Origin: Dehalococcoidia bacterium
GTDB taxonomy: Bacteria > Chloroflexota > Dehalococcoidia > Bin125
Length of the DNA: 64,000 nt
Direction: 5' to 3'
Assembly: GCA_965203995.1 (NCBI GenBank)
Contig: OZ241962.1
Span: 971,463 to 1,035,462 of the forward strand
The notes beneath the pieces are model-generated. The model did no database searches. It was not told the DNA's origin and saw only the letters and a list, made by a program, of their open reading frames with translations. Numbering within the stretch: the first letter of the stretch is position 1; each line of letters begins with the position of its first letter. This document shows, piece after piece, positions 1-9,740 of the stretch. The position numbers and the translations under genes were made by a program.

Positions 1-697
1 GCACTTCCACGGCGTCCCCTTCCAGCCCGCTTTCAAGCGCATGCGCGAGACCGTCGAGATCATGAAGATCCTCTTCTCCGGCGAGCGGCTCAACTACGAC
101 GGCGACATCTTCAAGCTGCAGCGAGGCTTCACGCTGCGCTTCGACACCTACCGCAAGCAACTGCCGATCTACCTGGCCACGCTCAACCCCAGGTCCGTCC
201 AGATGACCGCCGAGATCTCCGACGGCTGGCTGCCGATCATGATCCCCATGGATCGGCTCAAGGAAGAGATCGACCTGGTCAACGACTGGGTCCGTGAGGC
301 AGGCAAGAATCCGGCCGACTTCACCATCCGCGCGCCCGGCGGCGTCACCGTCGCCAACTCGCCCGAGGATCAGGCCCGAGCCCGCGCCGGACAGGCCGGC
401 ACGCTGGCCTTCTACTGCGCCCGCATGGGCGAGTTCTACTACCGCCAGCTCTCGCGCCAGGGTTACGAGGACGAGGCCAACGCCGCCCGTCTGGCCTGGA
501 AAGAGGGCGGCGGCGGCGCGGCGGCCGACTCGATTCCCGGCGAGATGCTCGAGCAGTTCGGCTTCGTCGGCACAACCGAGGAATGCGTCGAGCGCCTCGA
601 ACAGGAACAGGCCGCCGGCGCTCTCCTCCACTCCGTCAACGTGATGGAACCCAACCCCAACGAGTTCGCCAAGATCCTCGACGCACTCAAGGGGTAA
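1..697 (+). CDS. LLM-class flavin/F420-dependent oxidoreductase (5'-truncated by window edge)
   Basis: LPIYLATLNPRSVQMTAEISDGWLP and GTTEECVERL luciferase-like motifs; frame open to window start. Confidence 0.85.
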   Translation, partial: HFHGVPFQPAFKRMRETVEIMKILFSGERLNYDGDIFKLQRGFTLRFDTYRKQLPIYLATLNPRSVQMTAEISDGWLPIMIPMDRLKEEIDLVNDWVREAGKNPADFTIRAPGGVTVANSPEDQARARAGQAGTLAFYCARMGEFYYRQLSRQGYEDEANAARLAWKEGGGGAAADSIPGEMLEQFGFVGTTEECVERLEQEQAAGALLHSVNVMEPNPNEFAKILDALKG

Positions 698-783
698 GGG
701 CTACGGCTTCCGCCCCGCGCGGCGCCGATTCCAGCGAGCTACGCTCGACATATCGGCATGGGACCGCACGCTAGGAAGCATCG

Positions 784-1035
784 ATGAACGAAGCTGAGTT
801 GCTCGATCGGATCACCGTGAATCCAGGCATCTTCCGCGGTAAGCCAATCATCCGCGGCATGCGGATGGCCGTTGAGCATGTCCTGGCAAAGATGGCCGCC
901 GGAGACACAGCCGAACGGATTCTGGAAGAGTATCCGTTTCTGGAGCCGGCCGACATCCAGGCGTGCCTGTTGTTCGCCCACAGAGTGGTTGCCGGGGAGG
1001 ACGTTTACGAACGCGTTGCAAACGGTTCCGAATGA
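784..1035 (+). CDS. DUF433 family putative antitoxin
   Basis: RITVNPGIFRGKPIIRGMRMAV...EYPFLEPADIQACL signature. Confidence 0.9.
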   Translation: MNEAELLDRITVNPGIFRGKPIIRGMRMAVEHVLAKMAAGDTAERILEEYPFLEPADIQACLLFAHRVVAGEDVYERVANGSE

Positions 1036-1385
1036 GATTTCTGCTAGATGCCTGCGTCGCCTCGCGGCGTCTGCACTCGATGCTGCTCAATGAGGGACAC
1101 GATGTCTTATCGGCAATCGAAGTGGGCCCCAAGACAACTGACTCCGAGCTCCTTGCACTTGCCCACACCAACCAACTTGTTGTGATCACTGAGGACAAGG
1201 ACTTCGGCAAGCTCGTTTTCTTGGAGGGACATTCACACTACGGCATCATTCGATTCACTCCGATGTTGGTTGACGAACAGGTCGAGTCGATGCACTTGCT
1301 GCTGGAGCAGTACAGCGACGAGATCGGGGAACAGCGGATCATTGTGGTCACTCCGAGCCGAATTCGCATCCGTCGAGCCAACTAG
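1032..1385 (+). CDS. DUF5615 PIN-like putative toxin
   Basis: MRFLLDACV...DSELL...VITEDKDFG; ATGA overlap with DUF433 stop (start moved from 963 to 1032). Confidence 0.88.
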   Translation: MRFLLDACVASRRLHSMLLNEGHDVLSAIEVGPKTTDSELLALAHTNQLVVITEDKDFGKLVFLEGHSHYGIIRFTPMLVDEQVESMHLLLEQYSDEIGEQRIIVVTPSRIRIRRAN

Positions 1386-1404
1386 GAGAGTCCTCTTGGC
1401 TCGC

Positions 1405-2502
1405 TCACGCCGCCCACTCGATCCACCAGCCGTGTGGGGACGACTTCGCCAGCACCTGACGCTCGGCGGCGCCGTTGGCGAAGCGGGTGATCGACAGGCT
1501 CGGCATCTGGACTTCCTCGACATCCTCCATGCGCAGCTCGAGCGTGACCAGCCAGACCGGCCGATCTCGACTGGTCTGCGCGAGCGTGCGGAAGATCCGT
1601 TCCCGCCCTTCGGAAGGAATCTGATACAGCGCGACCGTCGAGTAGACCGTCAAGGCCGCTTCGGGCGGCGCGTCGGCGATCATCTCGGGCAGCAGCTCGA
1701 CGGCGTCGCCTCCGCGTAAGTCAACCGGCGAGCGCCGCAGTTCGGCGGCGGCGTCAATCAGTCGTTGATGACGTTCGACGTGCTCGGGCCAGATCAATGC
1801 CCGCAGCCAGAGCAACTCGTCCTCGTTGCGCAGGTCGATCGGGTTGACGTCGATCCCGCCGCGGAACTCGATGGCCAGCTCGTCTGACAGCTCCGGCATC
1901 GCGCCTCGCCCCAGCAACTCGGCCTCGAGCGCCACGGTCGCCTCGGGACGTCCCCAGACCGTCTCCTCGCGACCGCCGCGCAGGTAGCGGTAGCGGTAGC
2001 GATCGACGTTGAGGTTCAGTCCTGCGCTCGCTCCAACATCGATCAGCGCCAACGGCATCCCCGACTCCCGCTGCACGATCGAGAACGCAGGCAGCAGGCA
2101 GGTGCAGCGACGCACGACATTGGTCTGCGTGCGATGCGCGCGGACGAGCTCCACGATCTCGTCGGCATGAGAGAGGCAAAAGTCCCGGAACGCCGGAAAG
2201 GCCGGCTCCATTGGACGGTCCTCGCCCGAGACGATGGGGTAATGCAAGGCCAGAGGATGTTCCCGGTTCCGGCCGCCGCTCAGCAACAGGTACTGCACGG
2301 CGGCAAAGAGCATGTTCGGCGCCGGCTGCCGCCGGCGTTTCTGCGCCGCGATCTCCAACAACTCGCGATCAAGCGATATGCCGTAGGAGAGCTCCGCATA
2401 CAGAGGCGACGCCAGGTCGGGCGCCTCGACCCGGGCAAAGCGATGAAACACATCGCGGTAGCGCGCCGCCGTCGGCGCGTCGAGCAGGTTCCGCGATGAC
2501 AT
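1405..2502 (-). CDS. DUF2332 family protein
   Basis: SPLYAEL, TQTNVVRR, DVGASAGLNL, LRALIWPE, PHGWWIEW motifs. Confidence 0.85.
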   Translation of the reverse strand: MSSRNLLDAPTAARYRDVFHRFARVEAPDLASPLYAELSYGISLDRELLEIAAQKRRRQPAPNMLFAAVQYLLLSGGRNREHPLALHYPIVSGEDRPMEPAFPAFRDFCLSHADEIVELVRAHRTQTNVVRRCTCLLPAFSIVQRESGMPLALIDVGASAGLNLNVDRYRYRYLRGGREETVWGRPEATVALEAELLGRGAMPELSDELAIEFRGGIDVNPIDLRNEDELLWLRALIWPEHVERHQRLIDAAAELRRSPVDLRGGDAVELLPEMIADAPPEAALTVYSTVALYQIPSEGRERIFRTLAQTSRDRPVWLVTLELRMEDVEEVQMPSLSITRFANGAAERQVLAKSSPHGWWIEWAA

Positions 2503-2511
2503 CTCCCGGCC

Positions 2512-3297
2512 TCAGGCGTTCAGGAACTCACCGATTTTGCCGAGCAGCGCTTCCGGCTCCTCGACCTGCGGCATGTGACCCGAGGCCGAGAACATCGCGA
2601 CTTCCGAATTGGCGATCGCGTTGTTGAAATCGTCCGCGTACTGCGGCGGGATCAAGCCGTCCGAGGCGCCCCAGCAGATCAGCGTCGGTGAGCTGACCCG
2701 GTGAATCCGCTCCGAGAGCCGCTTGTCGGGAATCGGCCACATGAAGCGCGCCGCCGTCTGCATCATCTTGGCCCGCTCGACCGTCACCGTGCGCAACTCG
2801 TCCGGGTCTTCCGGCGGCGGCGCGGTCATCATCTGCGCGCCGGGGTGGTTGGTGTCGTGGAACAGCGCCGGGACGAGTTCGTTCGGCATCATCGCAAAGA
2901 AGTCGGCGACCGGGTAGTCGTCGTTCCACAGACCGGCCGGCGCGATCAGCACCAGCTTGGACACGCGGCCCGGCTGCATCGCCGCGACCTCGGCCGCAAA
3001 CCAGCCGCCCATTGAATGGCCGACCACGACCACCTCGTCAACGCCCAGCGCGTCGAGGAAGTCCCAGTAGAAGTAGAACACGTCGTGGTGGTCCATCAGC
3101 CACTCGACGCCGGTCGAGTTGGCCGTGCCCGGCAGCTTCGGCGCGATCACTCGATGGTGCTGCGAGAGCTGCTCCAGGAACGGGTCCCAGATCAGTCCGC
3201 CGGCGCCGTGGATAAAGAGCAGGTCGGGTCCCGATCCGGCTTCCATGTAGCCGACGTTGAATCGTCCATTGACGAGCGAGATGGTCTTGTCTTCCAT
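2512..3297 (-). CDS. alpha/beta fold hydrolase
   Basis: HGAGG oxyanion motif, GHSMGG nucleophile elbow, GHMP catalytic His. Confidence 0.9.
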   Translation of the reverse strand: MEDKTISLVNGRFNVGYMEAGSGPDLLFIHGAGGLIWDPFLEQLSQHHRVIAPKLPGTANSTGVEWLMDHHDVFYFYWDFLDALGVDEVVVVGHSMGGWFAAEVAAMQPGRVSKLVLIAPAGLWNDDYPVADFFAMMPNELVPALFHDTNHPGAQMMTAPPPEDPDELRTVTVERAKMMQTAARFMWPIPDKRLSERIHRVSSPTLICWGASDGLIPPQYADDFNNAIANSEVAMFSASGHMPQVEEPEALLGKIGEFLNA

Positions 3298-3421
3298 CTG
3301 GATACCTCCAGGAACGCGCGCGCATCAGGCAGCCCGCCAATCCCGCGGGCGCACGTACAGAGGCTATGAGTCACCCGCGATCAGTGTCAATCGACCGGAT
3401 GCGGATCAGGCGCGCTCGACA

Positions 3422-6115
3422 TCAGCTCGCGTCGCGCATGCCGGAGCCGAATCGCAGGGCAAGGATGAGCAAGCCGTACAGCACCGTCCAGGCCGCCCCG
3501 GCGCCGACGCCCTCCACATTCTGCACCACGATGATCAGCGGGACCGCGTAACAGGCGACGCCGCCCAACCCGACTGGGAGTCTGCGCCGCACCGACCGGC
3601 CCGACCAGACGACGGCCAGCGACCAGGGCAGGGTCAGCAGACCATAGTGCACGTCGTGAATCGTCAGCACCACCGCGCTGCAAATCCCGCCAACCAGCAG
3701 CGCCGCCTCCCAGATCGGCCTCAGCGGCTGATCGGTCACCCGCTTCAACCCATACAGGCGGGCGACTGACGGCGGCCGGCTGATGATCGTCGTGGTCGCC
3801 AGGTTGACCGCCAGAAACGCGCCGGCGAGACCCAGCCAGAGCGATTCGTCTACATCGGCGCCTTCGGCCAGACCGCCCAACAGCAGCAGCGCTGTCGCCG
3901 GCAGGAACTCGCCGCGCCCAGTGCGGAACATCCAGAGCGTCAACGCCGCGCCGGCCAGCAGCATGGCCCAGCCGACTAGCAGGTCGGGCGAGACGACCCC
4001 GACCACCAGCGCCACCACGGCTGCGCCGAGCGCGGCCGACAGGCGAACCAGGGAGCCGGCCGACGGGGCCGGCAATGTGGCATCCGCCGGGTCCGCAGGC
4101 GGCCTCCACCAACGCCGCGCCCAGGACGCCCCGGCAATCAGCGCAACGCTCACACCCGCCGCCAGACCCAGCGCCGACCACTGCCGCCACGCATCCAGAG
4201 GCGGGGGTTCGCCGAACGGCGTGTTGGCGCTGTCCGACACGATCTGCTCCGGCGGAATCTGGCCGAAGACGATCGACAGCGGGACCAGCGCCAGTCCGGC
4301 GGCCGCCAGCATCAGCGACAGACCCGACGCCGTCCATCGATGGAGCGCCAGGCCCGCCGCGCAAGCAACCAGGCAGACGATCAGCCAACCCAGCCACACC
4401 TCGCGGTCGCTGCCGATCTGCTCCAGCAGGTAGACCAGGCCGATCGAGATGAGAACGACGGCAGCCGCCGAACCGGCATCGCCGAGCGCCCGATATCCGT
4501 GTCGCACTGCGAGCAGCGCAACCGCGATTGCCGTTGCCGAGACCGCCCAGGCCAACCCGGCCGCGGTCCAACCGGAGTCCACTGACGACGCGAACAGCGC
4601 CATGCCGACCACTACGACAGAAGCGCCAAGGTACGCGCCGATGTCGGTAACTCGAAGCAGCGCGAAGCGATCCACGCCGGGATGCGCGTCGTTCCACTCA
4701 CGTATCGCCGTTTCGACGTCGGCGCCGATCAACTCAGCCTCCCGCCAGCGGCCGAGCGCAGCGTCCAATCGGCCCGCGCCGCCGGACGCTCCGATCCCGC
4801 GCGCCCAGCGGACCAGCCGGGGACGCCGGAAGTAGCCGCTCAACGCAAGAATCAGCAAGCCAACCGATACCGTCGCCGCCGCAGCGCCGGTAACGGAGTC
4901 CAGTTGCGTGCTGGCCAGCGTGAGCAAGGCGGCGTAGAAACCCAGGGCGCCGAACGCCGCCGACAGCGGGCGCTCGTACACCAGCCCGGCCGCCAGCAAG
5001 GTCAACCCCCAGACCATACCCAGCGCCGAGAGCTCCGCCTGGTACAGGGTCAACCCCACCCCCGCGCCTACGCCGCTGAACACCAGCAACAGTTCCCAGA
5101 GCGGCAGCAACCAGGAGTTGGACAGCTTGTCTCGCCAGCGCGGCGCGCAGAGTCCCAACGCGACCACCAGGGTCGTTCCCAGAGAGCTCACCGTCAGCGC
5201 CAGCCGCAACGCATGATCGAGGTCGGGCAGCCCGACCGCCGGTCCGACCACTAGCAGCGCGGAGCCGGGCAGCAGCTCCGCTTGACTGGCGCTCCAGGCA
5301 CGGGCGGTGATCACGAGGCCCACCGCAAACGCAACCCAGTCGATCTCGGGAGGAACCAGCACCAGCGCGACAATCGTCAGCCCGATCGCGACGCCCAGGC
5401 TCGCGCCCAGCCGCAGCCAGACCCGCGTCGACGCTCGCAGCCGGCGCGCGAAGAGCTGCACGCCGGCCAGAATCCCGACTCCGACCCCAGTGACCAGTGC
5501 GATCGTGGTCCATTGCGCCCAGGGCGGGACGGCGCGCTGGCCGTCGAAGAGATCGCCGCAGTCGAGCTCCGGCACCACGAAGCCGAGGCTCAACGGGATT
5601 AGCGGCAGCGCCGCCGTGGCCAGACTCAGCGTGATGCCCAGCTCCCACTCCGACCGCCGGTAGAGCGTGAAACCCAGCCCGGCCGCAACCCCGCTGATCA
5701 CGATCCAGGCAAACCACGGATCGGCGCCGGCACTGAGATCGGCAAGCAGGTATCCGAGCCCGATCGAAATCAGGGCGATCGAGGCGGCCCCGAACGCGTC
5801 CGGCACCGAACGGCTCTCGAACCAGACAGTCGACTGCGACGCCATCGCGACGAGTCCCGCGACCACCAGCGACATGGCAAACGCGCCCGTGCCCGACTCC
5901 ATCAGCGCGATCAGCAGCCACATGCCGAACGTGGCGACGGCCGTCCCGAGATATGCGCCGGCGTCGACTGCGTAGCGGCGCAACTCCGCAGCGCGGCTCT
6001 CGCGCTGCTGCTCCCATTCGCGAATCGCCGCTTCCGCCTCGACGTCGATCAGCTCCGCCGACCGCCATCGATCGAGCGCCCAGTCCCAATCCACGCGGAC
6101 CCAACGAGACGTCAC
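3422..6115 (-). CDS. large polytopic membrane protein with two DUF2157-like N-terminal repeats
   Basis: Many hydrophobic helices; repeated WRxAELI...AIREW motif; GTG start at 6115 estimated because the 6301 start overlaps the next gene. Confidence 0.7.
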   Translation of the reverse strand: MTSRWVRVDWDWALDRWRSAELIDVEAEAAIREWEQQRESRAAELRRYAVDAGAYLGTAVATFGMWLLIALMESGTGAFAMSLVVAGLVAMASQSTVWFESRSVPDAFGAASIALISIGLGYLLADLSAGADPWFAWIVISGVAAGLGFTLYRRSEWELGITLSLATAALPLIPLSLGFVVPELDCGDLFDGQRAVPPWAQWTTIALVTGVGVGILAGVQLFARRLRASTRVWLRLGASLGVAIGLTIVALVLVPPEIDWVAFAVGLVITARAWSASQAELLPGSALLVVGPAVGLPDLDHALRLALTVSSLGTTLVVALGLCAPRWRDKLSNSWLLPLWELLLVFSGVGAGVGLTLYQAELSALGMVWGLTLLAAGLVYERPLSAAFGALGFYAALLTLASTQLDSVTGAAAATVSVGLLILALSGYFRRPRLVRWARGIGASGGAGRLDAALGRWREAELIGADVETAIREWNDAHPGVDRFALLRVTDIGAYLGASVVVVGMALFASSVDSGWTAAGLAWAVSATAIAVALLAVRHGYRALGDAGSAAAVVLISIGLVYLLEQIGSDREVWLGWLIVCLVACAAGLALHRWTASGLSLMLAAAGLALVPLSIVFGQIPPEQIVSDSANTPFGEPPPLDAWRQWSALGLAAGVSVALIAGASWARRWWRPPADPADATLPAPSAGSLVRLSAALGAAVVALVVGVVSPDLLVGWAMLLAGAALTLWMFRTGRGEFLPATALLLLGGLAEGADVDESLWLGLAGAFLAVNLATTTIISRPPSVARLYGLKRVTDQPLRPIWEAALLVGGICSAVVLTIHDVHYGLLTLPWSLAVVWSGRSVRRRLPVGLGGVACYAVPLIIVVQNVEGVGAGAAWTVLYGLLILALRFGSGMRDAS

Positions 6116-6159
6116 CCTCGCACGCTGCCGCTCTACCGCCCGCGGCCTAAAGTTACTCC

Positions 6160-7605
6160 ATGCCCGCCACTGAAATTCCCGCCGACATCGTCCGCGCCTA
6201 CGACATGCGCGGCACGACCCCCGGTCAGATCGATGCCCGGGTCGCGTCGCGAGTCGGCCACGCCTTCGCCCAGTGGCTCCTCGATCGCGGCGCGACCTCA
6301 ATCGTCGTCGGACACGACACCCGCGCCAGCTCGCCCGACCTCTACGAAGCAGCCGTCGACGGCGCGCTGGCGGCCGGCATCGACGTCCACGCCGCCGGTC
6401 TCGCGCCCACGCCCGTGATCGGCTGGTCCGTCGACCGCGAATCGCTGGGCGGCGGCCTGATCGTCACCGCCAGTCACAACCCGCCCGAGTTCAACGGCTT
6501 CAAGCTGCTCGCCGAGCAGGCCCAACCGCTCCTGCCCGAAGAAATCCTGCACGTCGCGAGCCATCCGTTCAGAACCGGGTCCGCGGCCGGCGCGCGGCAC
6601 GCGTTCGATGCCGCGGGACCCTATCTCGCGCTGCTGCGGCGCCGCTTCGGCGACACCGCCGGCCCGGGCATGCGCGTCGCCATCGACGCCGGCAATGGGG
6701 CCGCGGCGGTCACCGCGCCCGCTGCCCTGCTCAACGCAGGCGCTCGACTGCATGCCCTACGCACGACCTCGAGACCGACCCTCAAGATCGCCGCCGACCC
6801 GCAGAATCCGGAGACGATGCGCGAGCTGGCCCGCGTCGTGCGCACCACCGGCGCGGAACTCGGGATCGCCTGGGACGGCGACGGCGACCGCATCGGCGTG
6901 CTCGACCACCTGGGCCGGCGCTACGAGGCCGACTGGCTCACGGCCGTCCTCGCTCGGCCGCTCCTGGCCCGCGTGCCCGGATCGGAAATCCTGCTCGACC
7001 TCAAGACCAGCAGCAGCGCCATCGACGATCTGCGCCGCCGCGGCGGACGCCCCCTCAGCGCCCGGACCGGCTATTCCTTCTTCCGCCGCATGATGCGCGA
7101 GCAGCGAATCGCCTTCGGCGGCGAGACCAGCGGACACATCATGTTCGGACCGGAGTACCGAGCAGGCGAGGACGCGCCCTGGATCGACGACGGCGTCTAC
7201 GCCGCCTGCGCGCTGCTCGCGCACCTGTCGGCCGCGGGACGAACGCTGGCCGAGGAGATGTCGGAAATCGAACCGCGCCCGATCTCGCCCGAGCTGCGCC
7301 TGCCCTGCCCCGACGCCGACAAGACACAGGTCGCGAGCGCGTTGGGCGATTGGTTCGCGGAGCGCTATCCAATGTCCGAAATCGACCGCAGCGACGGCGC
7401 CCGCGTACTGCTCGACGACGGTTGGCTCCACGCCCGTGCCTCGAACACCGCCCCGGCCCTGAGCCTGCGCTTCGAGGCCCGCGACGAACCCGGCTACCGG
7501 CGCCTGGCGGAACAACTGCACGTCGCGCTGCGCCTGCATCCGCAGGTCGAAGACACGGCTCAGTTGCAGCATCCGCCGATCGTCGGCCCACAGACCCTCA
7601 CCTGA
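6160..7605 (+). CDS. phosphomannomutase/phosphoglucomutase family protein (paralog 1)
   Basis: RAYDMRG, TASHNP, DGDGDR, GGETSGH, RASNT motifs. Confidence 0.92.
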   Translation: MPATEIPADIVRAYDMRGTTPGQIDARVASRVGHAFAQWLLDRGATSIVVGHDTRASSPDLYEAAVDGALAAGIDVHAAGLAPTPVIGWSVDRESLGGGLIVTASHNPPEFNGFKLLAEQAQPLLPEEILHVASHPFRTGSAAGARHAFDAAGPYLALLRRRFGDTAGPGMRVAIDAGNGAAAVTAPAALLNAGARLHALRTTSRPTLKIAADPQNPETMRELARVVRTTGAELGIAWDGDGDRIGVLDHLGRRYEADWLTAVLARPLLARVPGSEILLDLKTSSSAIDDLRRRGGRPLSARTGYSFFRRMMREQRIAFGGETSGHIMFGPEYRAGEDAPWIDDGVYAACALLAHLSAAGRTLAEEMSEIEPRPISPELRLPCPDADKTQVASALGDWFAERYPMSEIDRSDGARVLLDDGWLHARASNTAPALSLRFEARDEPGYRRLAEQLHVALRLHPQVEDTAQLQHPPIVGPQTLT

Positions 7606-8287
7606 CGAACAGCCCGACGCCGAGCCGCCGGGCCAGTTGCTCAACCTCATCCGACGGCGCTTCCTCCACCACTAACGTGGCCCGCACCGTTCCCGATTGG
7701 CCGTCTCGCGTCCGGTCGGCCAGAGATTGTTCCGCCTCGAGCACGGCGCGCATCTTGACCAACGCGAACAGCGTCTGCCGCAGCTCGTGCGGCTCTGCGC
7801 CTCGCGGACGGACCTCGATGATCAAGGCGTCCGACTCGCCGATGAACGCCGCGTCCGACTCGTCGCCCGACGGAAACCAGCGCTCGGTCGTGCCGGCAGA
7901 CCCGTCCGGCGCGCCCAGGGCCTCCCCGTTGGCCGCCGCCCACTCCTTCAGCCCCCGATGGGCCGAACTCTCCGCCGTGCCCGAGCGCGTCTTGGTCGGC
8001 GGCAAACCGAAGGCGTAGATGCCCGCCGTCACCCAGTCGTACGTCTGCAGGGCCGCGAGCTGATCGGCCGTGGGACTGCCGGCGAGCAGCGTCCGCAGAT
8101 CGGGCGCGTCGGGATACATCTCAGACAGCCGCTGCTGCATCCCGTCCGCAACGCCACTCAACTCCGACGCGTCCGACAATACCAACCGCGCCAGCGCCGC
8201 GCCGGCGTCGGCCGCCTCGCCTTTGCGCGCGGACTTGGTCAGGAAGCGGTAGAGGCTGCGTTGGCGGTCGATCTCGGTAGGCGGCAT
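7598..8287 (-). CDS. hypothetical protein, probable degenerate PD-(D/E)xK nuclease fold
   Basis: ESSAHRGLKEW...FPSGDESD...IIEVR...LVKMRAVL pattern; TACCCT -10 six nt upstream of ATG. Confidence 0.6.
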   Translation of the reverse strand: MPPTEIDRQRSLYRFLTKSARKGEAADAGAALARLVLSDASELSGVADGMQQRLSEMYPDAPDLRTLLAGSPTADQLAALQTYDWVTAGIYAFGLPPTKTRSGTAESSAHRGLKEWAAANGEALGAPDGSAGTTERWFPSGDESDAAFIGESDALIIEVRPRGAEPHELRQTLFALVKMRAVLEAEQSLADRTRDGQSGTVRATLVVEEAPSDEVEQLARRLGVGLFVR

Positions 8288-8306
8288 GGGCGTAGGGTAG
8301 GGAGCG

Positions 8307-9740
8307 ATGATCGCCGCCGTGCCCCGCGAGATCTTCCACGCCTACGACATTCGCGGCCGCGCCGTCGGCGCCGGCGCGTCGCTCACGCCCGACCTCGCCT
8401 TGCGCGTCGGCTTGGCCTTCGGCGAGCTGGTCAGGACAGACGAACAGGCCGAGCAGGTCGTGGTCGGCGGCGACCTGCGCCGCTCCACGCCCGCCCTGCA
8501 ACAGGCCGCCGTCGCCGGACTGCTCGACGCCGGTCTCGACATCGTCGACATCGGCCGGGCGCCGTCGCCGCTCGTCTACTGGACCACGGCATTGCTGACC
8601 CGGGAGCGACCCACCGCCGGACTCGTCGTCACCGCCTCGCACAATCCGCCCGACGACAACGGGATCAAGCTGCTTCATACCGACGCCATGCCGCTCACGC
8701 CGGAGCAGATCCAGTCGGTCGCCGACCGCGTGGCGTCGGGAGTCGCCGCCGCCAATCGTCAGGGCGAGCGCAGGCTCTGGAGCCCGCGACCGGACTACAT
8801 CCGCAGCCTGGCCGAGTCGTTCTCTCTGCCGCGTCCGCTGCGGGTCGCCATCGATCCCGGCAACGGCGCCGCCACCGTGACGGCAGCCGCGGCGTTGCGG
8901 GCGATCGGCTGCGAAGTATTCGCGATCAACGACGATCCGGAGGAGACCGAACCGGCCCATCCCGCCGATCCGCAGCATGCTCGCAACGTCGCGGAGCTGG
9001 CCTCGTTCGTCTCCGACTCAGCCGCCGACCTGGGCTTCGCCTTCGACGGCGACGGCGATCGGCTCGGCCTCGTCGACGAGCTGGGACGCCGCGCCCCGCC
9101 CGACCGGGTGCTCGCCTTGCTCGCCCAGGACTGGCTCGCGTCGCATCCCGGGGCCGCCATGCATGTCGACGTGAAGACCTCGCAGGCAGTCGTCGACCAC
9201 ATCCACCGTCTGGGCGGCCGCGCCGTCTTCGGACCCGTCGGACACTCGCTCGGCAAGTACGCCATGCGCGACGCGGGAATCGACTTCGGCGGCGAGGCCT
9301 CGACCCACTACTTCTACCGGATCGACGACCCGCCCCACATCAGCGACGACGCCGTCCGCACGGCCTGCCGCCTGGCGCGCCTCGCGTCCGGGTCGCCGCT
9401 CGCGCCGCTGCTCGACTCGATTCCCCGCTTCGTCACCTCGCCCGAAGTGAAGATCGACTGCCCCGACCCGATCAAACACCGCACCGCGCGGGCCATCGCC
9501 GACGCCGCCCGCAGGCGCTGGCCGCTCAACGAGATCGACGGCGCGCGGATCGACCTCTCAGGCGAGGCCGAGGGCGCGTGGTGCCTCGTCCGAGCCTCCA
9601 ACACGACGCCCGTCCTGACCGTGGTGGTCGAAGCGGCGACCGACGACGGCTACGACACCGCGCGGCGGATCGCGGCCGATCTGCTCGCCGACCGGCAGCT
9701 CGATCCCGCGCCGCTGCTCAGTCAACCGCCGCTTGACTGA
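8307..9740 (+). CDS. phosphomannomutase/phosphoglucomutase family protein (paralog 2)
   Basis: HAYDIRG, TASHNP, DGDGDR, GGEASTH, RASNT motifs. Confidence 0.92.
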   Translation: MIAAVPREIFHAYDIRGRAVGAGASLTPDLALRVGLAFGELVRTDEQAEQVVVGGDLRRSTPALQQAAVAGLLDAGLDIVDIGRAPSPLVYWTTALLTRERPTAGLVVTASHNPPDDNGIKLLHTDAMPLTPEQIQSVADRVASGVAAANRQGERRLWSPRPDYIRSLAESFSLPRPLRVAIDPGNGAATVTAAAALRAIGCEVFAINDDPEETEPAHPADPQHARNVAELASFVSDSAADLGFAFDGDGDRLGLVDELGRRAPPDRVLALLAQDWLASHPGAAMHVDVKTSQAVVDHIHRLGGRAVFGPVGHSLGKYAMRDAGIDFGGEASTHYFYRIDDPPHISDDAVRTACRLARLASGSPLAPLLDSIPRFVTSPEVKIDCPDPIKHRTARAIADAARRRWPLNEIDGARIDLSGEAEGAWCLVRASNTTPVLTVVVEAATDDGYDTARRIAADLLADRQLDPAPLLSQPPLD

